64,000 nt of DNA from Eledone cirrhosa (taxonomy: Eukaryota): positions 36,828,001-36,892,000 of the forward strand of contig OZ024750.1 in the NCBI GenBank assembly GCA_964016885.1. The letters are read 5' to 3'. The notes under the pieces are model-generated. The model ran no database searches. It was not told the origin of the DNA and worked only from the letters and a program-made list of their open reading frames with translations. Each line of letters starts with the position of its first letter. The first letter of the stretch is position 1. The position numbers were made by a program, and so were the translations under genes. Shown here one piece after another: positions 1-11,517 of the stretch.

Positions 1-690
1 TACAGGTACAGAAGTGCTGTCAGATGGACCTGCCCGAGATGCGCGCAGAGCGACGAAACCATTCTGCACGCACTCGTTCAGTGTTCGTGCATTACTGACT
101 TGTCGAGTTATGTCAGACAGCTGTTGTCGCATGTAGAACGGATCCGGCTATTGACCAAGTCCATAGTGAAGATTGATTCGCCGCCTTCTTTTGGCCAGGA
201 AGAGCAGGCAATTTTCCTCTGTCTGGTGGCAGTTGCAAAAGAGGTTGTATGGTGGACGAGGCTGAAAGTCCTGAAGACAGACACTTTCTCTTCGGCCAAT
301 CCCTCATCAACTTTTTCAAATTTCACTTGGTGAGGAAGGAGAGAGAAGTGCTGCCCCCCCCCCCCCCCCAGTACATTTGCTGAAAGGTGGGTGAATGTGG
401 CGACAATGGCCCGCGTGAGTGGGCCTACCCTGATCATGATCCTGTAGGCTGGTGAATTTGAGGCGGAGAGAGGGGTGCCCTCGAAGTGTCAGGTGGTTCA
501 GGATTGGTGGGGTACCTGAAGCAACCCTGAGTGGTTATCTCCCCTATTGGGGAATTTTCATTGTTGTATTTTTCTTATTGCTATTGTTTTCCTATTTTTT
601 ACTCGATTTTTATGTAAAACCCCCACTGTCCCCGTCTATTGTATTGTGCCCTATATGTCGGCCCTTGTGGCCAATATATAAAACCATTAT
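1..690 (+). mobile_element. 3' end of Tx1/L1-like LINE (zf-RVT zinc knuckle, 3' UTR)
   Basis: Frame 1 from base 1 reads ...WTCPRCAQSDETILHALVQC...AKEVVWWTR, matching the CxxC-E(T)xxH-C knuckle and AKxxIWxxR motif of L1/Tx1 ORF2 C-termini; ends in a (TAT)n tail. Confidence 0.75.
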
Positions 691-730
691 TATTATTAGT
701 AGTAGTAGTTGTAGTAGTAGTAGTTATTGC

Positions 731-772
<42 letters not shown>

Positions 773-800
773 TATTGCAGTAGTAGTAGCAGTAGTAGTT
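688..800. repeat. (AGT)n microsatellite
   Basis: Direct reading. Confidence 0.95.
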
Positions 801-1630
801 ATATAGTTATCTATTCATTGATCTATTTCTATGAGGAATATATGAAGTGCATGACAGTCAGTAGAGAATGGGGACAGGTAAAAACTTTAAGGAATAGATG
901 GTGCAATTACCTGTTGCTGATTAAAAGAATTCATTTATTTTATAGAGTGAAGTCATTAGCTGTACATTAATCAACAATATTTTATATCAAAAGAAAATTA
1001 TTTTCTATTTCAGCAGTTTTTGGTAATAAAGACAATATTATTTGGCTATTTTATCTTCTTTCTATAATCTCTCATTAAATGGAGAGTCTTTGATTATTGA
1101 AAATATTCATCTTATTTTAAAAACAGCTATAAATAGATTATAATTTACATCAAAATTTCAAAATCACTGTTTAAATTAGCTAATGCATTTATCATGTTTT
1201 GCATATTACTAATAAAAAAAAAAATAATGAAATAAACTCAATAAATAAATAATGAGAAGCAGAGAAAATATAATAAAATCAAATAAAATCAAATGAAAAA
1301 AATAAAAAATAAAGAAAGGCAGAAATAAAAGTCCACAACAAATAGATGCTATCAGAATTCTGACAGTTAAAATTAAGTTGTTTTGGAAATGATATATATT
1401 ATATTACTTAGCAAAGTAAATATGTGTTGTTAGGGACAAAAGAAACTCTTAGAGGAACAAAAATTCTACTATTTGTTGGCAGGATATTGTTTCCCCACAG
1501 GATCGAACCAGGAAATCAATACACATACCACTTAAGATGCAAATCATAGATTTTAAAACAGACATACACATTGAGGGAGAGTAAAGGAAGATATAACTTT
1601 AATTGTATATATATATAGAGAGAGAGAGAG

Positions 1631-1853
1631 AGAAAAAGAGATGAAATCGAAAATGCAACGGGAGTCTTATTTTTTTTTTTTAAATATATATATTTATTTG
1701 GTTCCGCGAAACCGGTAAAGGAACCAAATAAATATATATATTTTTTTTTAAAAATAAGACTCCAGTTGCATTTTCGATTTCATCTCTTTTTCTTTATACT
1801 TTCACTCGTGTAGGACACCTCGGTTATTTTTCAATTTGTAAAAAAAACCTCAC

Positions 1854-1858
<5 letters not shown>
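1631..1858 (+). mobile_element. Penelope-like/HHR element fragment with inverted duplication (about 75-bp arms)
   Basis: 1631-1705 is a near-perfect inverted copy of 1720-1793; the spacer and start of the right arm read GAAA-CCGG-TA (3' half of a minimal HHR) followed by AATAAA; flanked by (TA)n/(GA)n and (TA)n. Confidence 0.65.
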
Positions 1859-1890
<32 letters not shown>

Positions 1891-2016
1891 TAACAGATTA
1901 AAGTTTAAGCAAAGAATCTTTGGATTATAGTCTTCACATTTATTATTATTACTATATATATATATATATATCGTCATCATCATCATCATCGTTTAACGTC
2001 TATCTTCCACACTAGC

Positions 2017-2474
2017 ATGAAATTTCGTTTCATTTTTTCCGTTTATCGTTTTCGGTGCACCCGGCCGATTAACCCACTCGATATGCAAATTAGGCTACTC
2101 AGCCGTTAATATGCATAAGGTAAGTATATACTTTTGGACGTTCAACTATCTGGCAGGAAGGTATACGTTGCTAATGATAGCTAACAAGCTTGAAAGTAGT
2201 ACAGCGTTCCTTTCTCAGTGTTGAACAAACGAGCAACAATGGTTGCTAGACACTACGGCTTAATACGGGATGTTTGTTTACAAACACACCGAGCATTATA
2301 ATAAATGTTCGGTGAATCCATATGTACATATATATATGTGTGCATGTATGTATATATATATACATACTACTGTACATCTGTATACATATATGTATGTACG
2401 TGTACATACTTATATTTAAGTAACAACCGTACTAAGAGTGGGAAATGAAATTTCGTTTCATTTTTTCCGTTTAT
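2017..2474 (+). mobile_element. Terminally redundant non-coding element (428-bp unit, 30-bp direct repeat) with HHR
   Basis: ATGAAATTTCGTTTCATTTTTTCCGTTTAT at 2017-2046 and 2445-2474; ends in (TA)n. Confidence 0.7.
2165..2207 (+). ncRNA. Type I hammerhead ribozyme, minimal, G5>A degenerate
   Basis: ACGTTG-CTAATGA-t-AGCT aaca AGCT-t-GAAA-gtag-TA-CAGCGT: stem I and stem II pair; core deviates at G5. Confidence 0.7.
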
Positions 2475-2571
2475 ATATATATATATAAATATAAATATAT
2501 ATATGCAAGCAGAGATAAGCAGACGTAAAATGATGATGATATATATATACATAATATTATATATATATATA

Positions 2572-3250
2572 ATAATTGGTGTGGGATGCTTAAAGAGTCT
2601 GTAAGTGGTATGCCGTTTGAGCACTTGATACTCTTACAGAGCAGAGTATAATATCACATAAGAAACGGAGAATCAGTGGTGCGACGAATAAGATTTATTA
2701 GACATATTACAATCGTTTCTCTGGCGACCAGCTCGAGGCACGATCGATGCAATGATCAAACCTGATGCTGAAATCGCAAGATTCTCAGATATGTCTCGAT
2801 TCTACAAAGCAGAGTTTGGAAACTTCCACCAGAAGCACTCAGAAAACGTATCTCAAACAAAAATTAACAAGTTAGTGAAAAATTAGTAATTAGAAAAATT
2901 CAGTCACCTATCGCTGTTCAATAGAATGGTAGTAATCGGCTCTAGTATCCATGTACCAGGGCGAGAAATAGTACAACGGTAACAATGGTAGTGCATAAAC
3001 CCGTTCCGGACATTAAATGCCAACCGGCCATTAGACAACGATATAGAGTTAGTGCGCTGGCTAGAGGCAGAATTCTAGATATTTTGACCAACCACTTGCG
3101 TAAACCAGTCAATTTCACAACTTGTAAGATTCAATAGGTGAGTGAAAGGGAACATTTATAACAGGTATTAGAGCATATATTAAAACAAAACAATAAGAAA
3201 TGTGAAAAATTGTTCAACTTACACCCATTGTTAATCTGCTAGTTGGGAGA
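2572..3250 (-). mobile_element. Non-coding HHR-bearing element (PLE/retrozyme-like)
   Basis: HHR on minus strand followed by AATAAA and ending in (TA)n; shares a ~125-bp module with 4134-4259. Confidence 0.6.
2700..2796 (-). ncRNA. Type I hammerhead ribozyme, long stem II, degenerate core
   Basis: Minus strand: AGACATAT-CTGAGAA-TCTTGCGA...TCGCCAGA-GAAA-C-gatt-G-TA-ATATGTCT; 8-bp stem I; one deviation from CUGANGA. Confidence 0.75.
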
Positions 3251-3456
3251 AAATAATTGTTTCTACTTTTGGCACAAGGCCAGTTCATTACTGGTACTTT
3301 ATTTTATCGACCCCGTAAGTTGACGGAACTAGTATAGTTATCACTGCTAGGACCGGTTGCATCTCAGTGTACTCAATAGGTAATGTTAAATAAACTCCCA
3401 GAGTATACACACAGTTATTTGCTTCAATACAACACACGTTAATTGGTACCTTCAAT

Positions 3457-3815
3457 GGAGGCACATGGCTTAGTGGTTAGAGCATTGGCCTTGCAATCGA
3501 AAGGTTATCAGTTCAATTCTCAGACCAGTGATGTGTTGTTTCCTTGAGCAAGACACTTTATTTCACATTGCTCCAGTTTACTCAGCTGTAGAAATGAGAT
3601 GATAGGGACCCCAGTCCCTATCATCTCATTTCTACAGCTGGGGTCCCTATCATTCCACTGCAAAGTGGTCGTGGAGGTACCACAGCAAAAAGCACCCAGC
3701 ACTCACTGTAAATGAGGTTTGTGTTAGGAAGGGCATCCAGCTGTAGAAATCAAGCCAAAATTAGTTCCCGTCCCACCCTTGCAAGCAGGGAAAAAGCGGA
3801 CGTAAAATGAAATGA
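3457..3815 (+). mobile_element. tRNA-derived SINE with RTE-type tail
   Basis: A box TGGCTTAGTGG, B-box-like GTTCAATTC, CCTTGAGCAAGACACT body, tail GGAAGGGCATCCAGCTGTAGAAA...GGACGTAAAATGA; near-identical copies at 18055, 24960 and 29665. Confidence 0.85.
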
Positions 3816-4259
3816 ATTATTCCTGTACTCGAGTTTCGGCCACTTAATGCAGCAATAGTGTGCCCAGCACCCACTCTCCACATATATTATGCAACAATGC
3901 ACAATCAGCACATGTGGCTTCATCAGAGGATTTCGCCTAATAAATAACCAATCGATCGACAGAATTCGATCCCAGTCCTTGTTGGCTATGACTGTATGTG
4001 ACGGCCAACACAGTAAAACGTTAGCAACTGGAATCTCTACACGTCATCACAATGCTGTCACCTGACTGGCTACCGATACAGAAATTTCTGTGATGGCAGG
4101 AAACAAAAACCAAATAGTTCCGCTCTTGCTATAAGCACTCAGCCAACGTATTTCAAACACAAATTAACAAGTTAGTGAAAAATTGGTTATTAGAAAAATT
4201 CAGTCTCCAATCGCTGTACAATTGAATGATAGCATTTGGCTCCAGTCTCCAAGTACCAG
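3816..4259 (-). mobile_element. Non-coding HHR-bearing element fragment
   Basis: Contains the HHR at 3821-3930; 4134-4259 is homologous to 2834-2959. Confidence 0.55.
3821..3930 (-). ncRNA. Type I hammerhead ribozyme, palindromic stem III
   Basis: Minus strand: TCCT-CTGATGA-a-GCCAC...GTGGC-c-GAAA-CTCGAG-TA-c-AGGA; perfect core, 1-nt register defect in stem I. Confidence 0.75.
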
Positions 4260-4693
4260 TAATGCACTTGGGCCAATTTAATCGACTTTCCCTCACCCAA
4301 AATTGTTGGCCTTGTGCCTAAATCAGAAACCAGTATTTACATTTTGAGAAATTAATACAAGTTCTATTGTTATATGCAGACACTAAATATTTTTTGAAAT
4401 TCTGTGTCATTCTAATGTTCTATATTCTAGAATAGATTTGAAAGTATTTGTTATATGAAAAAAAATATTGTTAGATATATTTATTAAAAAGTTAGGATTA
4501 TTATCAAAATTAAAATTTTGTTTATGGTTGATCAAATGAAATTTGAAGTTTTGATCATTAATTTGCAAGAAGGAAATCATTTTTAATTAATACCAACCAA
4601 TAATGTTTTCATTTTAGCTTATTCTTTGTTTTTATCAATAAGCTATTATTCAAAAATATGCCACTTAAATAAAAACAGCTGAGATATTGTAAA

Positions 4694-5405
4694 TAATTGT
4701 TTCTACTTTTGGCACAAGGCCAGCAATTATCTCAGTGTATTACTGGTACATTATTTTATCAACCCCGTAATAGCTGTCTCTACTATTGGCACAAGGCCAG
4801 CAATTATATCAGTGTATTACTGGTACATTATTTTATCAACCCCGTAATGGCTGTTTCTACTATTGGCACAAGGGCAGCAATTAAACCAGTGTATTACTGG
4901 TACTCAATTTTATCAACCCCGTAATAGCTGTTTCTACTATTGGCACAAGGCCAGCAATTATCTCAGTGTATTACTGGTACATTATTTTATCAACCCCGTA
5001 ATGGCTGTTTCTACTATTGGCACAAGGCCAGCAATTAAACCAGTGTATTACTGGTACTTTATTTTATCGACCCCATAATAGCTGTTTGTACTATTGGCAC
5101 AAGGCCAGCAATTATCCCAGTGTATTACTGGTACTTTATTTTATCGACCCCATAATAGCTGTTTCTACTATTGGCACAAGGCTAGCAATTATCCCAGTGT
5201 ATTACTGGTATTTTATTTTAATCGACCCCATAATAGCTATTTCTACTATTGGCACAAGGCCAGCAAGTACCCAGTACATTACTGGTACTTTATTTTATCG
5301 ACCCCATAAGGATGAAAGGCAAAGTTAACCTCGATGGGATTTGAACTAAGACCGTAAAGGGCCGCAACTCTGTGATTCAAAGCATGGCGTCCGACCCTCA
5401 ATGTT
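4694..5405 (-). repeat. SINE with its 3' part amplified as a 77-bp tandem array (about 8 copies)
   Basis: Repeated TTTCTACTATTGGCACAAGGCCAGCAATT...TACTGGTAC...ACCCC unit that continues into the SINE body at about 5310-5405. Confidence 0.9.
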
Positions 5406-5454
5406 TGGTACATTACTGCTATCACACATATCAACCACAAATCAAACACTAATA

Positions 5455-7030
5455 GACACATACATATACTCATACATAGCCACACACATAAAGAGACACA
5501 CATACACACACAGACTTACACACAGACTCACACATATAAACACACAGACACACGCACATATATAGACACCAACACATACACACACACACACACACACACA
5601 AACACATACATAGCCACCAACACATATACACACACACAGACGCACACATACATAGACACCAACACATACAAACACAGACACACATACATAGACACCAACA
5701 TACACACACACAGACACACACATACATAGACACCAACACATACACACAGACACACATACACACACATACACAGACACACATACATAAACCAACACATACA
5801 CACACACAGAGACACCAACACATATGCACACACACATAGACATACATAGACACCAACACATACACACACACACACACATACATAGACACCAACACATATG
5901 CACACACACATAGACATACATAGACAGCAACACACACACACACATACATAAACACCAACACATACACACATACAGACACACACATACATAGATACCAACA
6001 CATACACATACACACACACACACATACAGACACCAACATATACACACACACACATATACATAGACACCAACACATACACACACATGCATAGACACCAACA
6101 CATATACACATACGCACACACAGACACACACATACATAGACACCAACACATATGCACACAGACACACATATACATAGACACCAACACATACACACACAGA
6201 CACACACATACATAGACATCAACACATACACACACAGACACACACATACATAGACACCAACACATACACACACACACATACATAGACACCAACACATATA
6301 CACACACAGACACACACATACATAGACACCAACACATATGCACACACACACATACATAGACACCAACACATACACACCCACAGACACACACATACATAGA
6401 CACCAACACATATGCACACACACACATACATAGACACCAACATATACACACACACAGACGCACACATACATAGACACCAACACATATGCACACACACACA
6501 GACGCACACATACATAGACACCAACACATATGCACACACACACACATACAGACACCAACATATACACACACACAGACGCACACATACATAGACACCAACA
6601 GATATGCACACACAGACGCACACATACATAGACACTAACACATACACACACACAAACATACATAGACACCAACACATACACACACATATACATAGACACC
6701 AACATATACACACACACAGACACACACATACATAGACACCAACACATACACACACAGACGCACACATACATAGACACCAACACATACACACACATACACA
6801 CACATTCATAGACACTAACACATACGCACACACACATACATAGACACCAACACATACACACACATATACAAAGACACCAACATATACACACACACACACA
6901 CAGACACCAACACATACACACACAGACACACGCATACATAGACACCAACACATACACACACACACACATACGTAGACACTAACACATATACACACATATA
7001 CAGAGACACCAACATATACACACACACATA
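5455..7030. repeat. CA-rich compound minisatellite (CATAGACACCAACACATACACACA-like unit)
   Basis: Direct reading; explains the long Cys/Val ORFs. Confidence 0.95.
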
Positions 7031-7990
7031 AATGAGAATATATAAAGGATAGTTTTAAATGTAGAGAAGAACGAAGGAAATAATTATGGTTATCAGTGTA
7101 TCTGTCTCTCTATCTGTGTGTGTGTATGTGTATGTGTATGTGAGTGTGTGAATAGGTGTATGGGGATATATGTGTGTGTATGAGTATGTGTGTGTGCATG
7201 GGTGTATCATGTGTGCATGGATGTGTGTGTGTGCATGTGTGTGGTTTTTAGTACAGATGTCACTACTAGAATATAACTGAAGGCTAATTAATTTAATTAT
7301 TTCTACTTTTGGCACAAGGCCAGCAATAATCTCAGTGCATTACTGGTACTTTATTTTATCGACCCCGTAAGGATGAAAGGCAAAGTTAACCTCGACAGGA
7401 TTTGAACTCAGACCATAAAGGGCCGTAAGGCTAATTAATTTAATACATATGAAATGTGAAGTCATCTGACTTAGTAATTAGGATGATTGGTTAATGATTG
7501 GAAGGCTGTGAGTTCAATTCTTGGCAGTGTCTTGTTTTCCTGAGCAAGACACTTCACTTGAGCAAGCACTTCACTTCAGCAAGACATTTCACGTCACACC
7601 AGTCCACTCAAATGACAACATTGGATTGTATCTAATTCATAGTGGCCAGCCTATGTCACATATTGTGTTATTTTGAATTTTCCTGAGAACTGAGTTAACG
7701 TTATAAATATCTGTGGAATACTCAGCCACTTGCACATTAATTCCAGGAGTAGGATGTTTCATTGGTCAAACACATGGAAGAGTAGTTATAGTAACTAACA
7801 GAGTGCCAACAAACAGCACAAATTTCTCTCTTTAAACCATCCATTTAATTTTAATTTAAGAATTTATCAGGATGAAGTTTTCATAAGTAATGAACCCTTT
7901 TTAATTGATTTAGTGGGTGCCTCCCTTTAATCCTATTTGTGGTTTTAACCATCATTTTCCCCAAATAATATGAATGCTTCAAACGATAAT

Positions 7991-8176
7991 TGTTTCTACT
8001 TTAGGCACAAGGCCAGCAATTACCCAGTGCATTACTGGTACTTTATTTTATCGACCCCGTAAGGATGAAAGGCAAAGTCAACCTCGGCGGGATTTGAACT
8101 CAGATCGTAAAGGGACGTAACCATGCTGGAAAGCATGGCGTCCGACCCTCTACCGATACTGCCAATCCACCGCCCC
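7991..8176 (-). mobile_element. tRNA-derived SINE (Meta-domain-like) with 18-bp TSD
   Basis: GTTCAAATCC B box; central TTTGCCTTTCATCCTTACGGGGTCGATAAAA; TSD AATGCTTCAAACGATAAT at 7973-7990 and 8177-8194. Confidence 0.9.
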
Positions 8177-8194
8177 AATGCTTCAAACGATAAT

Positions 8195-11097
8195 GCACCC
8201 CTCTCCACTCTGTAAAGTGGTAGTGCTGCTGTCACAATAAAAGACACCCCCCTCCACTCTGTAAACTGGTAGTTCTGGTGTCACAATAAAAGACACCCCT
8301 CCACTCTATAAAGTGGTAGTGCTGCTGTCACAATAAAAGACACCCCCTCCACTCTGTAAAGTGGTAGTGCTGCTGTCACAATAAAAGACACCCCCTCCAC
8401 TCTGTAAAGTGGTAGTGCTGCTGTCACAATAAAAGACACCCCCTCCACTCTGTAAAGTGGTAGTGCTGCTGTCACAATAAAAGACACCCCCTCCACTCTG
8501 TAAAGGGGTAGTGCTGCTGTCACAATAAAAGACACCCCCTCCACTCTGTAAAGTGGTAGTGCTGCTGTCACAATAAAAGACACCCCCTCCACTCTGTAAA
8601 GTGGTAGTGCTGCTGTCACAATAAAAGACACCCCCTCCACTCTGTAAAGTGGTAGTGCTCCTGTCACAATAAAAGACACCCACTCCACTCTGTAAAGTGG
8701 TAGTGCTGCTGTCACAATAAAAGACACCCCCTCCACTCTGTAAAGTGGTAGTGCTCCTGTCACAATAAAAGACACCCACTCCACTCTGTAAAGTGGTAGT
8801 GCTGCTGTCACAATAAAAGACACCCCCCTCCACTCTGTAAAGTGGTAGTGCTGGTTTCACAATAAAAGACACCCCATGCACTCTGTAAAGTGGTAGTGCT
8901 GCTGTCAAAATAAAAGACACCCCCCTCCACTCTGTAAAGTGGTAGTGCTGCTGCAACAATAAAAGACACCCCCCCCCCTCCACTCTGTAAAGTTGTAGTC
9001 CTGGTGTCAATAAAAGACACTCCCCTCCACTCTGTAAAGTGGTAGTCCTGGTGTCACAATAAAAGACACGCCACTTCACTCTGTAAAGTGGTAGTCCTGG
9101 TATCACAATAAAAGACACCCCCTCCACTCTGTAAAGTGATAGTGCTGCTGTCACAATAAAAGACACCCCCTCCACTCTGTAAAGTGGTAGTGCTGCTGTC
9201 ACAATAAAAGACACCCCCTCCACTCTGTAAAGTGGTAGCGCTGCTGTCACAATAAAAGACACCCACTCCACTCTGTAAAGTGGTAGTGCTGCTGTCACAA
9301 TAAAAGACACCCCCTCCACTCTGTAAAGTGGTAGTGCTGCTGTCACAATAAAAGACACCCCCTCCACTCTGTAAAGTGGTAGTGCTGCTGTCACAATAAA
9401 AGACACCCCCCTCCACTCTGTAAAGTGGTAGTGCTGCTGTCACAATAAAAGACACCCCCCTCCACTCTGTAAAGTGGTAGTGCTGGTTTCACAATAAAAG
9501 ACACCCCCTCCACTCTGTAAAGTGGTAGTGCTGGTTTCACAATAAAAGACACACCCTCCACTCTGTAAAGTGGTAGTGCTGGTGTCACAATAAAAGACAC
9601 CCCCCTCCACTCTATAAAGTGGTAGTGCTGGTTTCACAATAAAAGACACCCCCCTCTACTCTGTAAAGTGGTAGTGCTGGTTTCACAATAAAAGACACGC
9701 CCCTCCACTCTGTAAAGTGGTAGTGCTGCTGTCACAATAAAAGACACCCCCCTCCACTCTGTAAAGTGGTAGTGCTGGTTTCACAATAAAAGACACCCCC
9801 CTCTACTCTGTAAAGTGGTAGTGCTGGTTTCACAATAAAAGACACGCCCCTCCACTCTGTAAAGTGGTAGTGCTGGTGTCACAATAAAAGACACCCCCCT
9901 CCACTCTGTAAAGTGGTAGTGCTGGTTTCACAATAAAAGACACGCCCCTCCACTCTGTAAGGTGGTAGTGCTGGTTTCACAATAAAAGACACGCCCCTCC
10001 ACTCTGTAAAGTGGTAGTGCTGGTTTCACAATAAAAGACACGCCCCTCCACTCTGTAAAGTGGTAGTGCTGGTGTCACAATAAAAGACACCCCCCTCCAC
10101 TCTGTAAAGTGGTAGTGCTGGTTTCACAATAAAAGACACCCCCCTCCACTCTGTAAAGTGGTAGTGCTGGTGTCACAATAAAAGACACCCCCTCCACTCT
10201 GTAAAGTGGTAGTGCTGGTTTCACAATAAAAGACACGCCCCTCCACTCTGTAAAGTGGTAGTGCTGGTGTCACAATAAAAGACACCCCCTCCACTCTGTA
10301 AAGTGGTAGTGCTGGTTTCACAATAAAAGACACGCCCCTCCACTCTGTAAAGTGGTAGTGCTGGTGTCACAATAAAAGACACCCCCTCCACTCTGTAAAG
10401 TGGTAGTGCTGGTTTCACAATAAAAGACACCCCCTCCACTCTGTAAAGTGGTAGTGCTGGTTTCACAATAAAAGACACGCCCCTCCACTCTGTAAAGTGG
10501 TAGTGCTGGTTTCACAATAAAAGACACCCCCCTCCACTCTGTAAAGTGGTAGTGCTGGTTTCACAATAAAAGACACCCCCCTCCACTCTGTAAAGTGGTA
10601 GTGCTGGTTTCACAATAAAAGACACCCCCCTCCACTCTGTAAAGTGGTAGTGCTGGTGTCACAATAAAAGACACCCCCTCCACTCTGTAAAGTGGTAGTG
10701 CTGGTGTCACAATAAAAGACACCCCCTCCACTCTGTAAAGTGGTAGTGCTGGTTTCACAATAAAAGACACCCCCCTCCACTCTGTAAAGTGGTAGTGCTG
10801 GTGTCACAATAAAAGACACCCCCTCCACTCTGTAAAGTGGTAGTGCTGGTTTCACAATAAAAGACACCCCCCTCCACTCTGTAAAGTGGTAGTGCTGGTG
10901 TCACAATAAAAGACACCCCCTCCACTCTGTAAAGTGGTAGTGCTGGTTTCACAATAAAAGACACCCCCCTCCACTCTGTAAAGTGGTAGTGCTGGTTTCA
11001 CAATAAAAGACACCCCCCTCCACTCTGTAAAGTGGTAGTGCTGGTGTCACAATAAAAGACACCCCCCTCCACTCTGTAAAGTGGTAGTGCTGGTGTC
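8195..11097. repeat. 48/49-bp minisatellite (about 60 copies) derived from SINE/RTE-tail internal unit
   Basis: Unit GACACCCCCTCCACTCTGTAAAGTGGTAGTGCTGCTGTCACAATAAAA; followed by degenerate SINE tail (TTGGCATTAGGAAGGGC). Confidence 0.95.
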
Positions 11098-11517
11098 TCA
11101 AAACACTTTGTAATGTGATTGGCATTAGGAAGGGCCATAGAAACCAAACCAAAAATGCAACATATGAGCTTATTGTGGTCATCTGACCTGTCTAGTCTCA
11201 GAACAGGATAACCGATCCAATCCATGTCAGCATTCTAACTGGACATAGCATAGGGGTGATGATGATGATGATGATGATGATGATTATTGTGGTGGTAGTG
11301 ATGATGATGATTATGGTGATGATGATGATGGTTTTGTTGAGGGTGATGATGATGATGATGGGGAGGGTGATGATGATGATGATACTTATACATATATTCT
11401 CAGATATGTACCCACACACATATATATATATATTCATATATACAAATATACATATATATGCACATATACAGATATATATATATATATGCACATATACATA
11501 TATATGCATATATATTA

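Noticed and set aside
3457-3530. tRNA gene
   Set aside because: tRNA-like A/B boxes continue into a multi-copy SINE body; no intact cloverleaf
5442-7027. Long Cys/Val-rich ORFs up to 499 aa
   Set aside because: Translations of a CA-rich repeat, open in all minus frames
8195-11097. CRISPR-like regular array and its ORFs
   Set aside because: No unique spacers and no cas genes; a pure tandem minisatellite in eukaryotic DNA
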